Shown: positions 21,040-32,499 of the stretch, piece after piece | How positions within the stretch are numbered: position 1 is the first letter of the stretch | How the letters are laid out: each line of letters opens with the position of its first letter | NCBI GenBank assembly: GCA_000165345.1 | Contig: CM000435.1 | Location: forward strand, 64,001 to 128,000 | Reading direction: 5' to 3' | Length of the DNA stretch: 64,000 bases | Notes under the pieces: generated by a model | The model's input: only the letters and a program-made list of their open reading frames with translations | Database searches by the model: none | What the model was told of the DNA's origin: nothing | Translations under genes and position numbers: made by a program

Positions 21040-21590
21040 ATTAGTTATATATTAATTACAAACACACAGAAACGCATGAACAAGACTTCAATCTTTCCTT
21101 TATTTCAGTCTTAAAACGATTATTACAATACTTTTTAACTTTTGCCCCTCAACCGCTCTCCACCCAAGAATAATGCCCGCCTAAACATTAATTATTACTA
21201 ATTCAAATATATATATTAGTGGTAACTAATAAATTTAAGAGGGGTTGGATAACAAATTAATGGCCCACATAATTAATAATAATTAGTGATAAGTATTAAA
21301 GAAGAGAGGTACCATATTATTGTTGACACACGTCTAATAGCGGTTATTTTTTAATATAAGATATTTTGCTATATACTAATTCAAAGCACTGTTTAAGGAT
21401 ATAATCAAAGATACTATTTAGAGCTATAGACTGAATAATCATAAATTATTCTAATTATATATATTATTAAATATAGATTTTATTTAAGTTATATTAATTA
21501 AGCGTTTTAACCCCTCTTAAATTTTCCCCCAAAGAAAAATTACCCAACATTAATATTTCGAACATTTCAGTTTTCTTAAAGTTGGAAAGA

Positions 21591-23558
21591 ATGAAGTATT
21601 TGAAAGCTATCATCTTCTCAGTTTTTCTGAGTTTATTTTTAGCCTTCCCAGTTAGATCTAGTGATGAAAAGAAGTACGACGGACCAGTTATTGGTATCGA
21701 TTTAGGTACTACTTATTCATGTGTTGGTATCTACAAGAATGGTAGAGTAGAGATTATTCCAAATGAACAAGGTAATCGTATTACACCATCATATGTATCA
21801 TTCACTGATGATGAGAGATTGATTGGTGAATCAGCCAAGAATCAAGCTACTATCAATCCAGTTCAGACTTTGTTCGATGTAAAGAGACTTATTGGTCGTC
21901 GCTTTAAGGATGATTCCGTCCAAAAGGATAAGACTTTGCTACCATATGAGATTATTAACAAAGATAGCAAGCCTTACATACAAGTTTCTGTTAAGGGTGA
22001 GAAGAAGCAATTAGCCCCAGAAGAGGTTTCAGCTATGGTCTTGGTCAAGATGAAGGAAATTGCTGAGGCTTATCTCGGTAAGGAAGTAAAGCATGCAGTT
22101 ATTACTGTCCCAGCTTACTTTAATGATGCTCAGCGTCAGGCTACCAAGGATGCTGGTGCTATTGCCGGTTTGAATGTAATTCGTATTATTAATGAGCCAA
22201 CAGCAGCAGCAATTGCTTTTGGTTTGGACAAGAAGGCTGAGAAGAGCATTTTAGTATACGATTTGGGTGGTGGTACTTTTGATGTTTCTCTCTTGACCAT
22301 TGATAACGGTGTTTTCGAGGTCGTTGCTACAAGTGGTGATACCCATTTGGGAGGTGAGGATTTCGATCAGAGAGTTATGGACCACTTTATCAAGATCATC
22401 AAGTCAAAGACAGGAAAGGATGTAAAGTCTGACAAGAGAGCCCTTCAGAAGCTTAGGAGAGAGGTCGAGAAGTCAAAGAGAGCTCTTTCTTCAGCTCCAC
22501 AAGTTAAGGTCGAGATTGAAGGTTTGATGGAGGATGTAGATTTGAGCGAAACCTTGACCAGAGCTAAATTCGATGAGTTGAATGCTGACTTGTTCAGAAA
22601 GACTATCGAGCCAGTTAAGAAGGTTTTGGAGGATGCTGGAATCAAAAAGTCTGAAGTAGATGAGATCGTTTTGGTTGGTGGTTCTACTCGTATCCCTAAG
22701 ATTCAAGCCTTGATCAAGGAGTTCTTTGATGGAAAGGAGCCAAACAGAGGAATTAACCCAGATGAAGCCGTCGCTTATGGTGCTGCCGTACAAGCTGGTA
22801 TCTTAGCAGGTGAAGGCGGTAGTGATTTATTATTATTGGATGTTACTCCTTTAACTTTAGGTATTGAGACTGTTGGTGGAGTTATGACAAAGCTCATTGG
22901 TAGAAACACTGTTGTTCCAACCAAGAAGAGCCAAGTTTTCAGTACTTACCAAGATAATCAGCCAGCTGTACTTATCCAGGTTTATGAGGGTGAGCGTCCA
23001 ATGACTAAGGATAACAATCTCCTTGGAAAATTCGAGCTTTCTGGAATCCCACCAGCTCCAAGAGGTGTTCCCCAAATTGAGGTTACTTTTGAAATTGATA
23101 CTGATGGTATTTTACAAGTTAGTGCAAAGGATAAGGGTACTGGTAAATCTGAGAAGATTACTATCACAAATGATAAGGGTAGACTCTCACAGGAAGACAT
23201 AGAGCGTATGATTAAGGAGGCTGAGCAATTTGCCGAAGAAGACAAGCTTGTTCGTGAAAAGGTCGATGCCAAGAACGCACTCGATAGTTATGTCCACTCA
23301 ATGAGAATGAGCATTGAAGATAAGGACAAACTCGCTCAGAAACTCGAGGAGGAAGATAAGGAGAAGATCAAGGAAGCACTCAAGGATGCAGAGGACTTCC
23401 TCAGCAGCAATCCAGATGCTGATGCTCAAGAGATCAAGGATAAGCTCAAGGAAGTTGAGGGTATTTGCAACCCCATTATTGCTGCTGTCTACGGTCAAGC
23501 TGGAGGCGCTGCTGGTCATGCAGGCGGCGACGACTACTCTGGCCATGATGAACTCTAA
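21591..23558 (+). CDS. BiP: ER-luminal Hsp70 chaperone BiP/GRP78
   Basis: The tracked ORF starts at a TTG (21582). The ATG at 21591 gives [23 protein letters not shown], a signal peptide. Hsp70 signatures [38 protein letters not shown]-terminal ER retention signal HDEL (...YSGHDEL*). Confidence 0.95.
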   Translation: MKYLKAIIFSVFLSLFLAFPVRSSDEKKYDGPVIGIDLGTTYSCVGIYKNGRVEIIPNEQGNRITPSYVSFTDDERLIGESAKNQATINPVQTLFDVKRLIGRRFKDDSVQKDKTLLPYEIINKDSKPYIQVSVKGEKKQLAPEEVSAMVLVKMKEIAEAYLGKEVKHAVITVPAYFNDAQRQATKDAGAIAGLNVIRIINEPTAAAIAFGLDKKAEKSILVYDLGGGTFDVSLLTIDNGVFEVVATSGDTHLGGEDFDQRVMDHFIKIIKSKTGKDVKSDKRALQKLRREVEKSKRALSSAPQVKVEIEGLMEDVDLSETLTRAKFDELNADLFRKTIEPVKKVLEDAGIKKSEVDEIVLVGGSTRIPKIQALIKEFFDGKEPNRGINPDEAVAYGAAVQAGILAGEGGSDLLLLDVTPLTLGIETVGGVMTKLIGRNTVVPTKKSQVFSTYQDNQPAVLIQVYEGERPMTKDNNLLGKFELSGIPPAPRGVPQIEVTFEIDTDGILQVSAKDKGTGKSEKITITNDKGRLSQEDIERMIKEAEQFAEEDKLVREKVDAKNALDSYVHSMRMSIEDKDKLAQKLEEEDKEKIKEALKDAEDFLSSNPDADAQEIKDKLKEVEGICNPIIAAVYGQAGGAAGHAGGDDYSGHDEL

Positions 23559-24606
23559 AACTAAGGTTGTAAGAGGAACTCCTGTTGCCCTTCATTTTTG
23601 AATTAACTAGGACTAGTCATATTAAGTAATAAACTTTTTTTCAAGAAAATTTTTTTATCTTGCAAATTTTCTCTCAGGGTCTTGTCCACATAAATTCTCG
23701 TGCATGCATTTCATGCAAACTGACTTATGTGGGTTGCATGGCTTTCTCAACGGTATATGACACTTTTGGGCGCCACACACAGTATGTGGAATATGAGCGC
23801 GTTAGTCAGAATTAATAATGTTTTTTGTGGTGGGTGAAAATAGACTAGAGAATTACGTAATACTGAACAGAATTAATATAGCATTATAAAAATGTGTGTG
23901 AGACGCAGTGTTTGGTCTAAATAATTGCAGTCTTGATTGTGAAGGAAAAGAATACAAAACTGAGGGGGGTGGGGAAAGGTAAATTTTACACATACAACTA
24001 ACTCCAATAAATACATATATACATGTATATGTACATATATATGTATACATATATATGTACATATAATATTCAGAGAGAGGAAAACGGTGAGTTTGGAGTA
24101 AAATAGGCAAGATAATAAAGGTATTTGTTTTCAATTCTGTCTAAAGTTACCGTTTTTTGCTCTGGGTTTAAGAATTAATTGTTGAGCTATAAGCAAATTA
24201 CCTCATTGATGAAAGTTTAAGAGGATAGAAGAAGAAATCGAACATATTTTTATCCCAGAAAAAAAGTAGATTAGTGATTATTTGTCAGAGTTATAATCAT
24301 ACAGCTTTTGAAAAAAGAATCAGGTAAATAATGCAACATAAGTAAAATTTGAAGTTACTAATTAAAAACTTTTGGATTAAAAATTATATGAATTTTATTG
24401 CTCTTTCAAGTAATACCAGCAAATATATTTAAATAAAATATCATATTTTCGTTTATTAAGGGCGATCTCTATAGTTTTTTAAATACAGATATTGGGGGAA
24501 ATACTCATTCGGAGATTCCCGTTAACAGTTAAAATATTTCGATATATACTAACTATTACAGGCTTTAAATCATATTCACTTGTCAAAGCCGCAAGAATAT
24601 AGAGAA

Positions 24607-26442
24607 ATGGCATCAATATTATCAAGTTTCTCCTCTCAATATAATGAACTATGGAAAGCAATCATAAGACCTCCAAGAGACAGATATAGTATTCGTGATT
24701 TAGGCCCAATGCGTTTTGCAATTGGAAAGTCAATATTTAAGAGATCAGACTTCACTCTAAGAAATCGTCGCTTCCAAGCTCTTCATTGCAGTCATTTTGA
24801 GCCTATTGATAATGAAAGGCAATCTGAGTCTCTTCCTTGCGTAATTTACCTTCACGGAAATTGCAGTTCAAGGAGAGAGGCTCTTCCATATATTCCGTTA
24901 CTTCTTCCAATCGGAATTACTGTTATGGCTGTCGATTTGAGTGGTTCTGGTCTCTCTGATGGAGATTATATAAGTTTGGGATACCACGAAAAAGATGATC
25001 TTTCAGTCTTGGTTGAATACTTAAGAAATTCAAAACGATGTAGCTCTGTTGGGGTTTGGGGGAGGTCCATGGGAGCTGCTACTGCATTAATGTACTCAGG
25101 AGTTGATAAGGGTGATGGATTCTTAAAAGGGATTGTCATCGATTCAAGCTTTTGCAGTCTTCGCCAGTTATGCCATGAGTTGGTTCATCATTATATCCCA
25201 TTATTACCCAATTTTCTTGTTGATTCTGCACTTTCATTTATCAAATCTACAATTAATGATAAAGCAAAGGTTAATATTGACGATATTGCTCCAATTAAGT
25301 CTGTTGGTCAATGCAAGGTCCCTGCTTTGTTTATTTCTGGAACTAATGATACATTGGTTAATCCAAATCATTCAAAAACTTTACATGATAACTATGCTGG
25401 AGAGAAGATGCTTATGATCATCCCCGGTAATCACAATTCTGAGAGACCCAAGTTTGTTAAGGCATCGATCGTCATTTTCTTTTATACAGTATTTGATTGC
25501 TTCAATATTCCAAAATCTGCAGATGCTTTGAGGTCTTTTATAAATACGGACTTGAACCTTCTATTCAACTATGATGGACTGTATTGCGATGAAAATGGTA
25601 GAATTCCAAAGCCAATCACTCAATCTTTTTATGCTATTCAGCAATACATAAGGCACAAAACTACTAACAATGTCTCTGCTCCTATTAATAATGGATTACA
25701 AAAGAAGAATCTTGGATTTAGTAAGGAACATCTGAGAAGAGAAGACATGATTAGATCGAGTTCGAATGAATCTTTCAATGACCAAAGTCAAGGCAAAGGA
25801 ATCCAAATGCGTCCTCCAGATGTTGACAAATACATTGATCGTATGATTCCTTTAAGCAGTGAAAATATTAAGCAATCTTCATCTACAATATATTCTACTG
25901 GTGCTTCATGCTCCAGAAGTACTACTTTTGAGACTATTAGCCAGGGGTTTGAGAGGGGTGACACAATGAATACTGTAAGTTCTTTTGAGGAATTTAAAGA
26001 TACTTTTAGCCCTGTAACACAGCCAAATAGGCCATCAGGTGCAGAAAGCGGTATTGAAGAGAGGGTAGTTGGGGCTGAATTTGGGTCAGACCATTTAGAA
26101 GGAATAGTTCATTATCAAATCTCTCCTCCACCTGGAATGAAGCATGCTAACAATAATAATAGTGATAATCAACAACAGTATTTTAACCAGAATCAAAATA
26201 TTCATCAACATTCTCCTTCGTACCACCCGTATGGTCTTAACCAGAAGGGGGTTACTTATACTAATGGTGCCATAAGTAATGGAGCTAATAGTTTATTGCT
26301 TTCTACTGGAGGACTTGCTCCTTCAACTATAGGTATGAGCTCAGTTCAGCATCAGGCGCCAACAGGAGAGGGAGTCAAAAAACCAAGTATTGCTTCAAGT
26401 TTACCAAAAAGGGTAGCTAATTATAACTACCCTGGGAATTAA
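24607..26442 (+). CDS. Alpha/beta-hydrolase fold protein (ABHD/BAAT-like serine hydrolase) with long low-complexity C-terminal tail
   Basis: The tracked ORF starts at a TTG (24580). The first ATG at 24607 gives MASILSSF... Nucleophile elbow GRSMGA (GxSxG), then Asp and His candidates (TNDTLVNP..., PGNHNS). N/S/Q-rich C-terminal region of about 250 aa. Confidence 0.7.
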   Translation: MASILSSFSSQYNELWKAIIRPPRDRYSIRDLGPMRFAIGKSIFKRSDFTLRNRRFQALHCSHFEPIDNERQSESLPCVIYLHGNCSSRREALPYIPLLLPIGITVMAVDLSGSGLSDGDYISLGYHEKDDLSVLVEYLRNSKRCSSVGVWGRSMGAATALMYSGVDKGDGFLKGIVIDSSFCSLRQLCHELVHHYIPLLPNFLVDSALSFIKSTINDKAKVNIDDIAPIKSVGQCKVPALFISGTNDTLVNPNHSKTLHDNYAGEKMLMIIPGNHNSERPKFVKASIVIFFYTVFDCFNIPKSADALRSFINTDLNLLFNYDGLYCDENGRIPKPITQSFYAIQQYIRHKTTNNVSAPINNGLQKKNLGFSKEHLRREDMIRSSSNESFNDQSQGKGIQMRPPDVDKYIDRMIPLSSENIKQSSSTIYSTGASCSRSTTFETISQGFERGDTMNTVSSFEEFKDTFSPVTQPNRPSGAESGIEERVVGAEFGSDHLEGIVHYQISPPPGMKHANNNNSDNQQQYFNQNQNIHQHSPSYHPYGLNQKGVTYTNGAISNGANSLLLSTGGLAPSTIGMSSVQHQAPTGEGVKKPSIASSLPKRVANYNYPGN

Positions 26443-26844
26443 CTTAACTTAATTAGAGTTTTTCTTAACTTTTTTTTGATGTTCTTGCGATTAGACTTCA
26501 AATGGGTTTTTGAAAATTATTCAAAGCTATTGAAATTGGGGTCTAATTGGCAACTTTCTAAGCGTTAATTATATGGATAGTTGTTTCAATACTATTAATA
26601 GCGAGATGAGCGGTGTTAGTGATTTGTGTTTTTTTCTTATTTTTAGATTTGTGATTTTAATGATTTTATTGGGCTCAGTGTGATTAGGAGATGTTGCTGT
26701 AGAGGGGAGGGGGGTTTGTGTAAGTGGATTTTTTGTTTGTGACGGAAAAAATTACGGGAGAGGAAAAAATAGAGGAAGAAAAGAAATAGAGGTTAGGCTT
26801 ATAGTGAATAAAATGTAAATAGGAATTAGGGTTTATAACAGTAA

Positions 26845-28584
26845 ATGGGGGAAGATCAAGAGTGGAGTGATTCAAGTTATGTTTTAAGAAGAAAGTATCG
26901 ATTATATTGGATTGCAATATTAAGAAATGCTCCAGAAGGACTTGAAGGATTATATGATAGATTTTCAAAATGGAGCGTTTCGTTAGGATTTTCATTACCA
27001 AATTTAGTAGAAGAGTCAGAGGAGTTGTGTATACAAAGAGGGGAAAAGAAAGTTTACAAAATTAGTTTTCCATCTAGAAGCTCTACAAGAAGCTTTATAA
27101 GACTATCAAAGCGTAATATATGGAGGGAAATATCAAGAGACAGTTATAGTGAATTATATGTATATTGTGATCCTGCATATAAATTAAGGCCATTTTGTGA
27201 TTTTCAAACAATGAATTTATCAACATGTTATTGGATAATAAGAGGAATTTCTAAAGATATTGAAAACGAAGAGATGATATGGGATTTAGTAGGACGAAGG
27301 AACCAATTTGGTGAATTCTTGAGGAGAGTAGTGTACATTAGAGATGAAGAAGGAAACAATGGTTTTTGTTTCTTGCAGTTTTCCTCACCTCTAACATCAT
27401 ATAGAGCTTTAAAGTGGGAACTTAAACATTTTAAAGGATTTGAACTTGCTCACGGTAAAAAAATGTATTTAACTCCAGAATTTGTTGGTACAAGCCATGT
27501 AAAGGCATTACTACTATTATGTAGAGGATTAGATAAGTTTGAGATAAAAACACTAAAGACAGTAGAAATGAGTTTGAATGATTTAAGAAACTCTGATAGA
27601 TTAAATGGCGAAAATGCGATTTCTCATGAAAAAGTTTTGCAAGGATATTTAAACTTTTGGAAGAGATCAAATGGTTTACCAGTTCCAGTAGATAGAAACT
27701 CAGAATTTCAATACAATTATGATGAGAGGAATGAATACATGTATAGGGAAGCTCTTTATAATAGTGGGATAGATTTATTCCCAAAAAAACCGATTAGACT
27801 TTATTACTGCAAATCTTTGGATTTTCTTTGGGACTGGAATAGTCGTATTTTTATAGATTGCCAAAGTAAATCACTTTTTGAGTTTGATCCTGAACTTCAA
27901 AGTCTCAAGTTTATTTACAACTCAGGTGAATTGTCTCGATTATCGAATGTTGGGGTCGGCTCAACTTATGGCGAAATTATATGTGATAGAAATAATCGAG
28001 AAGATTTTCAAATAAAAGCACAAATTTCACAGGAAAAGCTCAAAAAAGAAAGAGAAATAAGAGTGGCCTCTTTTCTTGAAACTGCAAGGTCTCAGCTAAA
28101 TTGCAACATGAATACTAACAACATATATAAGAACTCAGTAGAAGAAGGATACGACTCAAAAAGACAGGAGATAACGCAGTTTTTCGATATTTCAAGTAAC
28201 GTAACTTACGAAAAGAGTGGAACCTATACAAGTCAAAGAACCGAGCCACGAACTCCTACTTGCCAAAACTCAAGTCCTGGGGTTCAAAGCTCATGCATAG
28301 CCAACGCATGCGCGGTTCCCGCCACATGCGAGTCTGAAAGTGTGGACGCGCGGAATATGTGCATGTGGTCAGTTTCTGATGGTGGAGTTACGGAGGGAAC
28401 AATAGGGGAGGAGATTGGTCAGGTAAAGAGTGGAAGTAAAAGCGGGGGCACAAAGGAGGAGGAGTTGATATGTTTTGTGTGTTGCAGGGCTTTTGGATCG
28501 ATTTGGGAAAAAGTGAATCATGAACAAAATTCATTGTTGCATAAGTATAATCTGGAGATATGGAAGGTTGGGAGCGAGCGATAG
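26845..28584 (+). CDS. Hypothetical protein with C-terminal U1/matrin-like C2H2 zinc finger (possible RNA-binding protein)
   Basis: 579 aa with ATG at 26845. A weak RRM-like segment (FCFLQFSSPLTSYRALK). C-terminal CFVCCRAFGSIWEKVNHEQNSLLH fits a CX2CX12HX6H zinc-finger spacing. GAGA/G-rich motifs lie upstream. Confidence 0.5.
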   Translation: MGEDQEWSDSSYVLRRKYRLYWIAILRNAPEGLEGLYDRFSKWSVSLGFSLPNLVEESEELCIQRGEKKVYKISFPSRSSTRSFIRLSKRNIWREISRDSYSELYVYCDPAYKLRPFCDFQTMNLSTCYWIIRGISKDIENEEMIWDLVGRRNQFGEFLRRVVYIRDEEGNNGFCFLQFSSPLTSYRALKWELKHFKGFELAHGKKMYLTPEFVGTSHVKALLLLCRGLDKFEIKTLKTVEMSLNDLRNSDRLNGENAISHEKVLQGYLNFWKRSNGLPVPVDRNSEFQYNYDERNEYMYREALYNSGIDLFPKKPIRLYYCKSLDFLWDWNSRIFIDCQSKSLFEFDPELQSLKFIYNSGELSRLSNVGVGSTYGEIICDRNNREDFQIKAQISQEKLKKEREIRVASFLETARSQLNCNMNTNNIYKNSVEEGYDSKRQEITQFFDISSNVTYEKSGTYTSQRTEPRTPTCQNSSPGVQSSCIANACAVPATCESESVDARNMCMWSVSDGGVTEGTIGEEIGQVKSGSKSGGTKEEELICFVCCRAFGSIWEKVNHEQNSLLHKYNLEIWKVGSER

Positions 28585-28659
28585 TATGAATTATAAATAA
28601 ATAATTAGTAGAATTATATATGTATATGTATGAATATATATATACATCAATTTAGTTCC

Positions 28660-29817
28660 TTAAAGGAACTTGAATGTAACCTGTTCGAGTATTTTCTCTT
28701 GAACAATATTGTCAATGTTGTTGGAGGTGTTGTCAATAGAGGTAACTGAGGATAGTTTTCCAATAGTTTTGACAAGATAACTTTGAATTTCTCTAATATT
28801 GTCAATGTTGTTATGATATTTTGAGTTTAGGATTCCCTTGCTTCTTTGTTGAAATCTTTGTATGTGTTCTTCAATATCTTGAATATATATTAGAAAAGTA
28901 CTTAGATTTGCATTTTCAAGATTTGCAAGAGATTGGATTCTTTCAAACAATGAGGGGGTAATATGAACTCCTTCTAGAATGATACTTTTTTCCTTATTAA
29001 CAAAATTCTTAATAATTTCATAAATATAATCTTCTATAATTGATGATTGTATTAGGTATCCAAGCACAATAGACGATTCTGAATATTGATCCTTATATTT
29101 TTGTGTTTGTTGAGTAGTGGTATATTTATGTACTTCATAAGTTGAACAATTAAGAGCCTTGTTGTGTTTATATTTTTCTGTAGATCTCAATACGTGTCTA
29201 ATAGTATCGGTAGAAATAACGCATTTGACTCTTAAAAATGATGCCAAGTAAGAGCTTATAGTGCTTTTTCCACTACCTGAAGTACCTGCTATTAATATAA
29301 TATTAGGTTTAACAGAAAAGTCTGAGAATAAATGAATTAGGCATTTTTTGATTAGATGATTGACTTTTTCAATTATTTCATTTTTTTGGACTTTGTTTTT
29401 CGAACAAGCAAGATATTTTTCAAATTTGCATTGAGATAACGGAAAAGAAATCAAATATGGCAAATTTTTAAAGTAGCAGAATATGCGATTAAGCTGAGAA
29501 AAATTATTATTATTTAGTATTAGATTCTCTAAATAATCCATACAAATCGATAAATCTTTGCCTGTTATTCCAGATAAAATGTATAGTTTACAAACCCAGC
29601 TTCTAGTTAAAATAACATTGTTTTTTAGAATATTATTATTATAAGAATTTTTGCAATATTTATTAGGATCTAGAAAACAGCTTTCTATATCCTTCAGAGT
29701 TAGGTTGCTTTTGGGATTGTGATGATCAAAAAACTTAAACTCATTTGAATGATTTTCGGTACTGTCCTCTTCAAATATACCCACAATTTCCCAGTCAACT
29801 TGATGGTATTTTGCCAT
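28660..29817 (-). CDS. P-loop NTPase of the 2-phosphoglycerate kinase-like family
   Basis: 385 aa with ATG at 29815-29817. Walker A IILIAGTSGSGKSTIS is followed by ISTDTIRHVLRS, matching the 2PGK family 'GxSGxGKST...ISTDxIRxxxR' block. Confidence 0.6.
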   Translation of the reverse strand: MAKYHQVDWEIVGIFEEDSTENHSNEFKFFDHHNPKSNLTLKDIESCFLDPNKYCKNSYNNNILKNNVILTRSWVCKLYILSGITGKDLSICMDYLENLILNNNNFSQLNRIFCYFKNLPYLISFPLSQCKFEKYLACSKNKVQKNEIIEKVNHLIKKCLIHLFSDFSVKPNIILIAGTSGSGKSTISSYLASFLRVKCVISTDTIRHVLRSTEKYKHNKALNCSTYEVHKYTTTQQTQKYKDQYSESSIVLGYLIQSSIIEDYIYEIIKNFVNKEKSIILEGVHITPSLFERIQSLANLENANLSTFLIYIQDIEEHIQRFQQRSKGILNSKYHNNIDNIREIQSYLVKTIGKLSSVTSIDNTSNNIDNIVQEKILEQVTFKFL

Positions 29818-30315
29818 GAAACTACGTAAAGTACCTTGCTAAAAGATTTAGTTATATTTAATTGTTTGAATTAGAGCGGCTCCTCCTTTTATTTATTTAA
29901 TATTGTTTATATATTACAATTAATTCGGAATCCCATTAAATGAGAGTATTGCGACTATTAGGGGGGGAAAATAGGATAAGAGCTGATTATTAATCATACA
30001 TTTCATGACAAAATAGAATAACTTCTCGTAATTATTCGATAGTATGTTGTATTTTAGCAAATTCAGAAATATTTATTATTTTTTTTAGCTCAATTTGGAT
30101 TATAGAAAAAAAAGACAACCCGCCAAAATTTGGAAAATTAATATTGCATGCAGAATGTGAATAGCCAGAATAACAGAAATATTGGAAGTTATCATATTTT
30201 TAATATCCAGATTGTTTTTTAAATAAATTTCAGTAGGTATGACGGAATTAAAAATTAAAATCTGGTTCAAAATCTGAACAATTTTGAGTGTTAATAGTTA
30301 TATTATTTCATTAAA

Positions 30316-30354
<39 letters not shown>

Positions 30355-30665
30355 GACTCAATTTATACCAAAAAAAGCCAAACACTATTGCTTGCATGCA
30401 ATCTCCACGTAATATTACAAGTTGCATGGCATAATAATCCACATAGTGCATGTTTCTCGCAACCCCACTTATGTAGAATTGACTTAGAAAAAAAGTACCG
30501 AGTCATTTTTTTTTCTCACTTGATTTTAATAGTAATATAATAAATTTCAAAAGTTTCAAATCTATTTCAACAGGAAATAGCAATCAAAGCAAGAGAAGTT
30601 TGTTTTGTTACTAGTTTAATACAGGGAAGATTAAAATTAACAATTGCCGGAATTTTGTGGTCAAA

Positions 30666-31709
30666 ATGAAGTTCTGTCAAAACGTATTATATATGATTTC
30701 AATAATCATTTTAGTGGTTAGAGGAGCACCCACATTGAATGTAAGAAATCCAGGAGAGCATGGTCATCCAGATTCAATGATTACAACATCAACTACTAAG
30801 GCTACACATACATTGAAATCAAACAATCAATCAACTTCAGAAGAATTATTATCAATGAAATCACTACAAAATGAACCTAATTGTGAAAACGCAGTATTCC
30901 CTTCAGAAGTTTTTGCATCTCAACCAAGAGATGACAAAGTTTACATAAAACCATCTACAATCCCAGAATCAGGATTCACAAGAGCAGGATTAACAAAGTT
31001 TACTTCTGCTTTTGGAATTCATATACTTGGTGATTATAGAGTACCTGACGATAAATTATCATATTTAACAGAATTATTAGCAAGTGTCTTAGATAATGAT
31101 CAAGATGGATTGGTAGATGCAACCCAAAATACTATTTTAGATACAATACGTTCATCCAACGCAATGATGGTTATTTTATCTGGAAATGAAGAATCTGTTG
31201 ATAAATTATTGGATCCACATGAAGGATTACCACCAGAGTACTCTTGTATGATGTTTTTACTTGTAGAACAAGCCAAAAATATTATACGTGGTGGACCACA
31301 TCAAAAGAATTGCCCACAAGATTTGGATAGAGTTAATGATAGAGGATTAGGATTTGTTGTAGATTTTATTTCTCAAGCAGCATATCCTGTCACATTTTCA
31401 TTAAATGAAGAAAGTTCTATGAGAATGGAGAATTTGTACAATTCTGCATTAAGAAAGGGATGGTTTTTACCACAGAATATTCCTGTTGCAAATAATGAGC
31501 TTTGCGATGAAGATTGTAAAAGATTATCTTTCCAATCCTGGCTTGCAACTTCAATATTAGACCAAGATAAATGTTCATGCATTAAAGCAAACGTATTCAA
31601 ATTATGTACATCTGAGGAAATCCGAAATATTTCACCAGATGATTTTGCTTACTTCGCTAGTGCATTAAAACGTCCAACGGCATATTCTTCTCCAGCTATT
31701 ATTGCTTAA
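30666..31709 (+). CDS. Hypothetical secreted protein (signal peptide, Cys-containing)
   Basis: The tracked ORF starts at a GTG (30657). The ATG at 30666 gives MKFCQNVLYMISIIILVVRGAPT, a signal peptide. No recognisable domain. Scattered Cys pairs in the C-terminal third. Confidence 0.55.
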   Translation: MKFCQNVLYMISIIILVVRGAPTLNVRNPGEHGHPDSMITTSTTKATHTLKSNNQSTSEELLSMKSLQNEPNCENAVFPSEVFASQPRDDKVYIKPSTIPESGFTRAGLTKFTSAFGIHILGDYRVPDDKLSYLTELLASVLDNDQDGLVDATQNTILDTIRSSNAMMVILSGNEESVDKLLDPHEGLPPEYSCMMFLLVEQAKNIIRGGPHQKNCPQDLDRVNDRGLGFVVDFISQAAYPVTFSLNEESSMRMENLYNSALRKGWFLPQNIPVANNELCDEDCKRLSFQSWLATSILDQDKCSCIKANVFKLCTSEEIRNISPDDFAYFASALKRPTAYSSPAIIA

Positions 31710-32499
31710 TGAATATTAGATTTACTCCACGCCTGAAGATATAATAATTCTGTTACTAATATCATCATCAAAAAGGATGAGAAGAATCTAAGATTTCCAT
31801 TTTTTTTTTCTAAAAATGTATGTGTTGTTGTATTTAAATGCGTTAAATACACCATTTTCATTTTTTTTTCTAAATAAAATAAAATAAAATTTATTATTTG
31901 GTGGAATGGCATTTCAATATTTTATTTATTTATCGCTTTCACTAAAATTCAAAATCTAGGATAATAAAGGGATTTGATGGTGGAATTACGTGTAATAATT
32001 ATTTCAATGAGTACTACATTTTTTCTTTCATAACTTAAAGTAAGTTGGAGTAATTTGGCACATCCAAAGTCTTAAATAAAGCTATGAAATACACCATCAA
32101 AATTACATATTTAATTTTTACTTTAATGATAAAAAAAAATAATAATAAATAATAGTGTGAAATTTCTCTCAAAACTAAAAGACTACCAATAATAATCCAA
32201 ATTTTAGTCATTAGTTTAAAAAAAAATCTTTCACCATTTCGCTAGTTTGATTTTATTGGGCTTGATTTTCATGCTTAATTTCTATTTAAATCATTATCAT
32301 ATTCGTTAATCATCTCTTGTTGTTTTATATTTAAATATATTCGAATTCAAAGTTTAATATAGATGGAACAGATTAATTGATTCTTCATTAAATTCTGCAT
32401 GCATTCTTACATGCAAAATGTAATTGAATTAATAGGTCAAGTTTTGGCGCCAAAACATTTTTTTATTCTTTTTTTCTTTAATAAAAAAAAAAAATAAAA

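Noticed and set aside
22445-23546. Several 66-100-aa minus-strand ORFs and a 95-aa plus-strand off-frame ORF within BiP
   Set aside because: Antisense or off-frame to a highly conserved Hsp70 CDS. No independent signals.
23853-24134. 93-aa minus ORF over the (TATACATA)n low-complexity tract
   Set aside because: Translation is a Tyr/Ile/Cys repeat produced by the simple-sequence tract. Not a gene.
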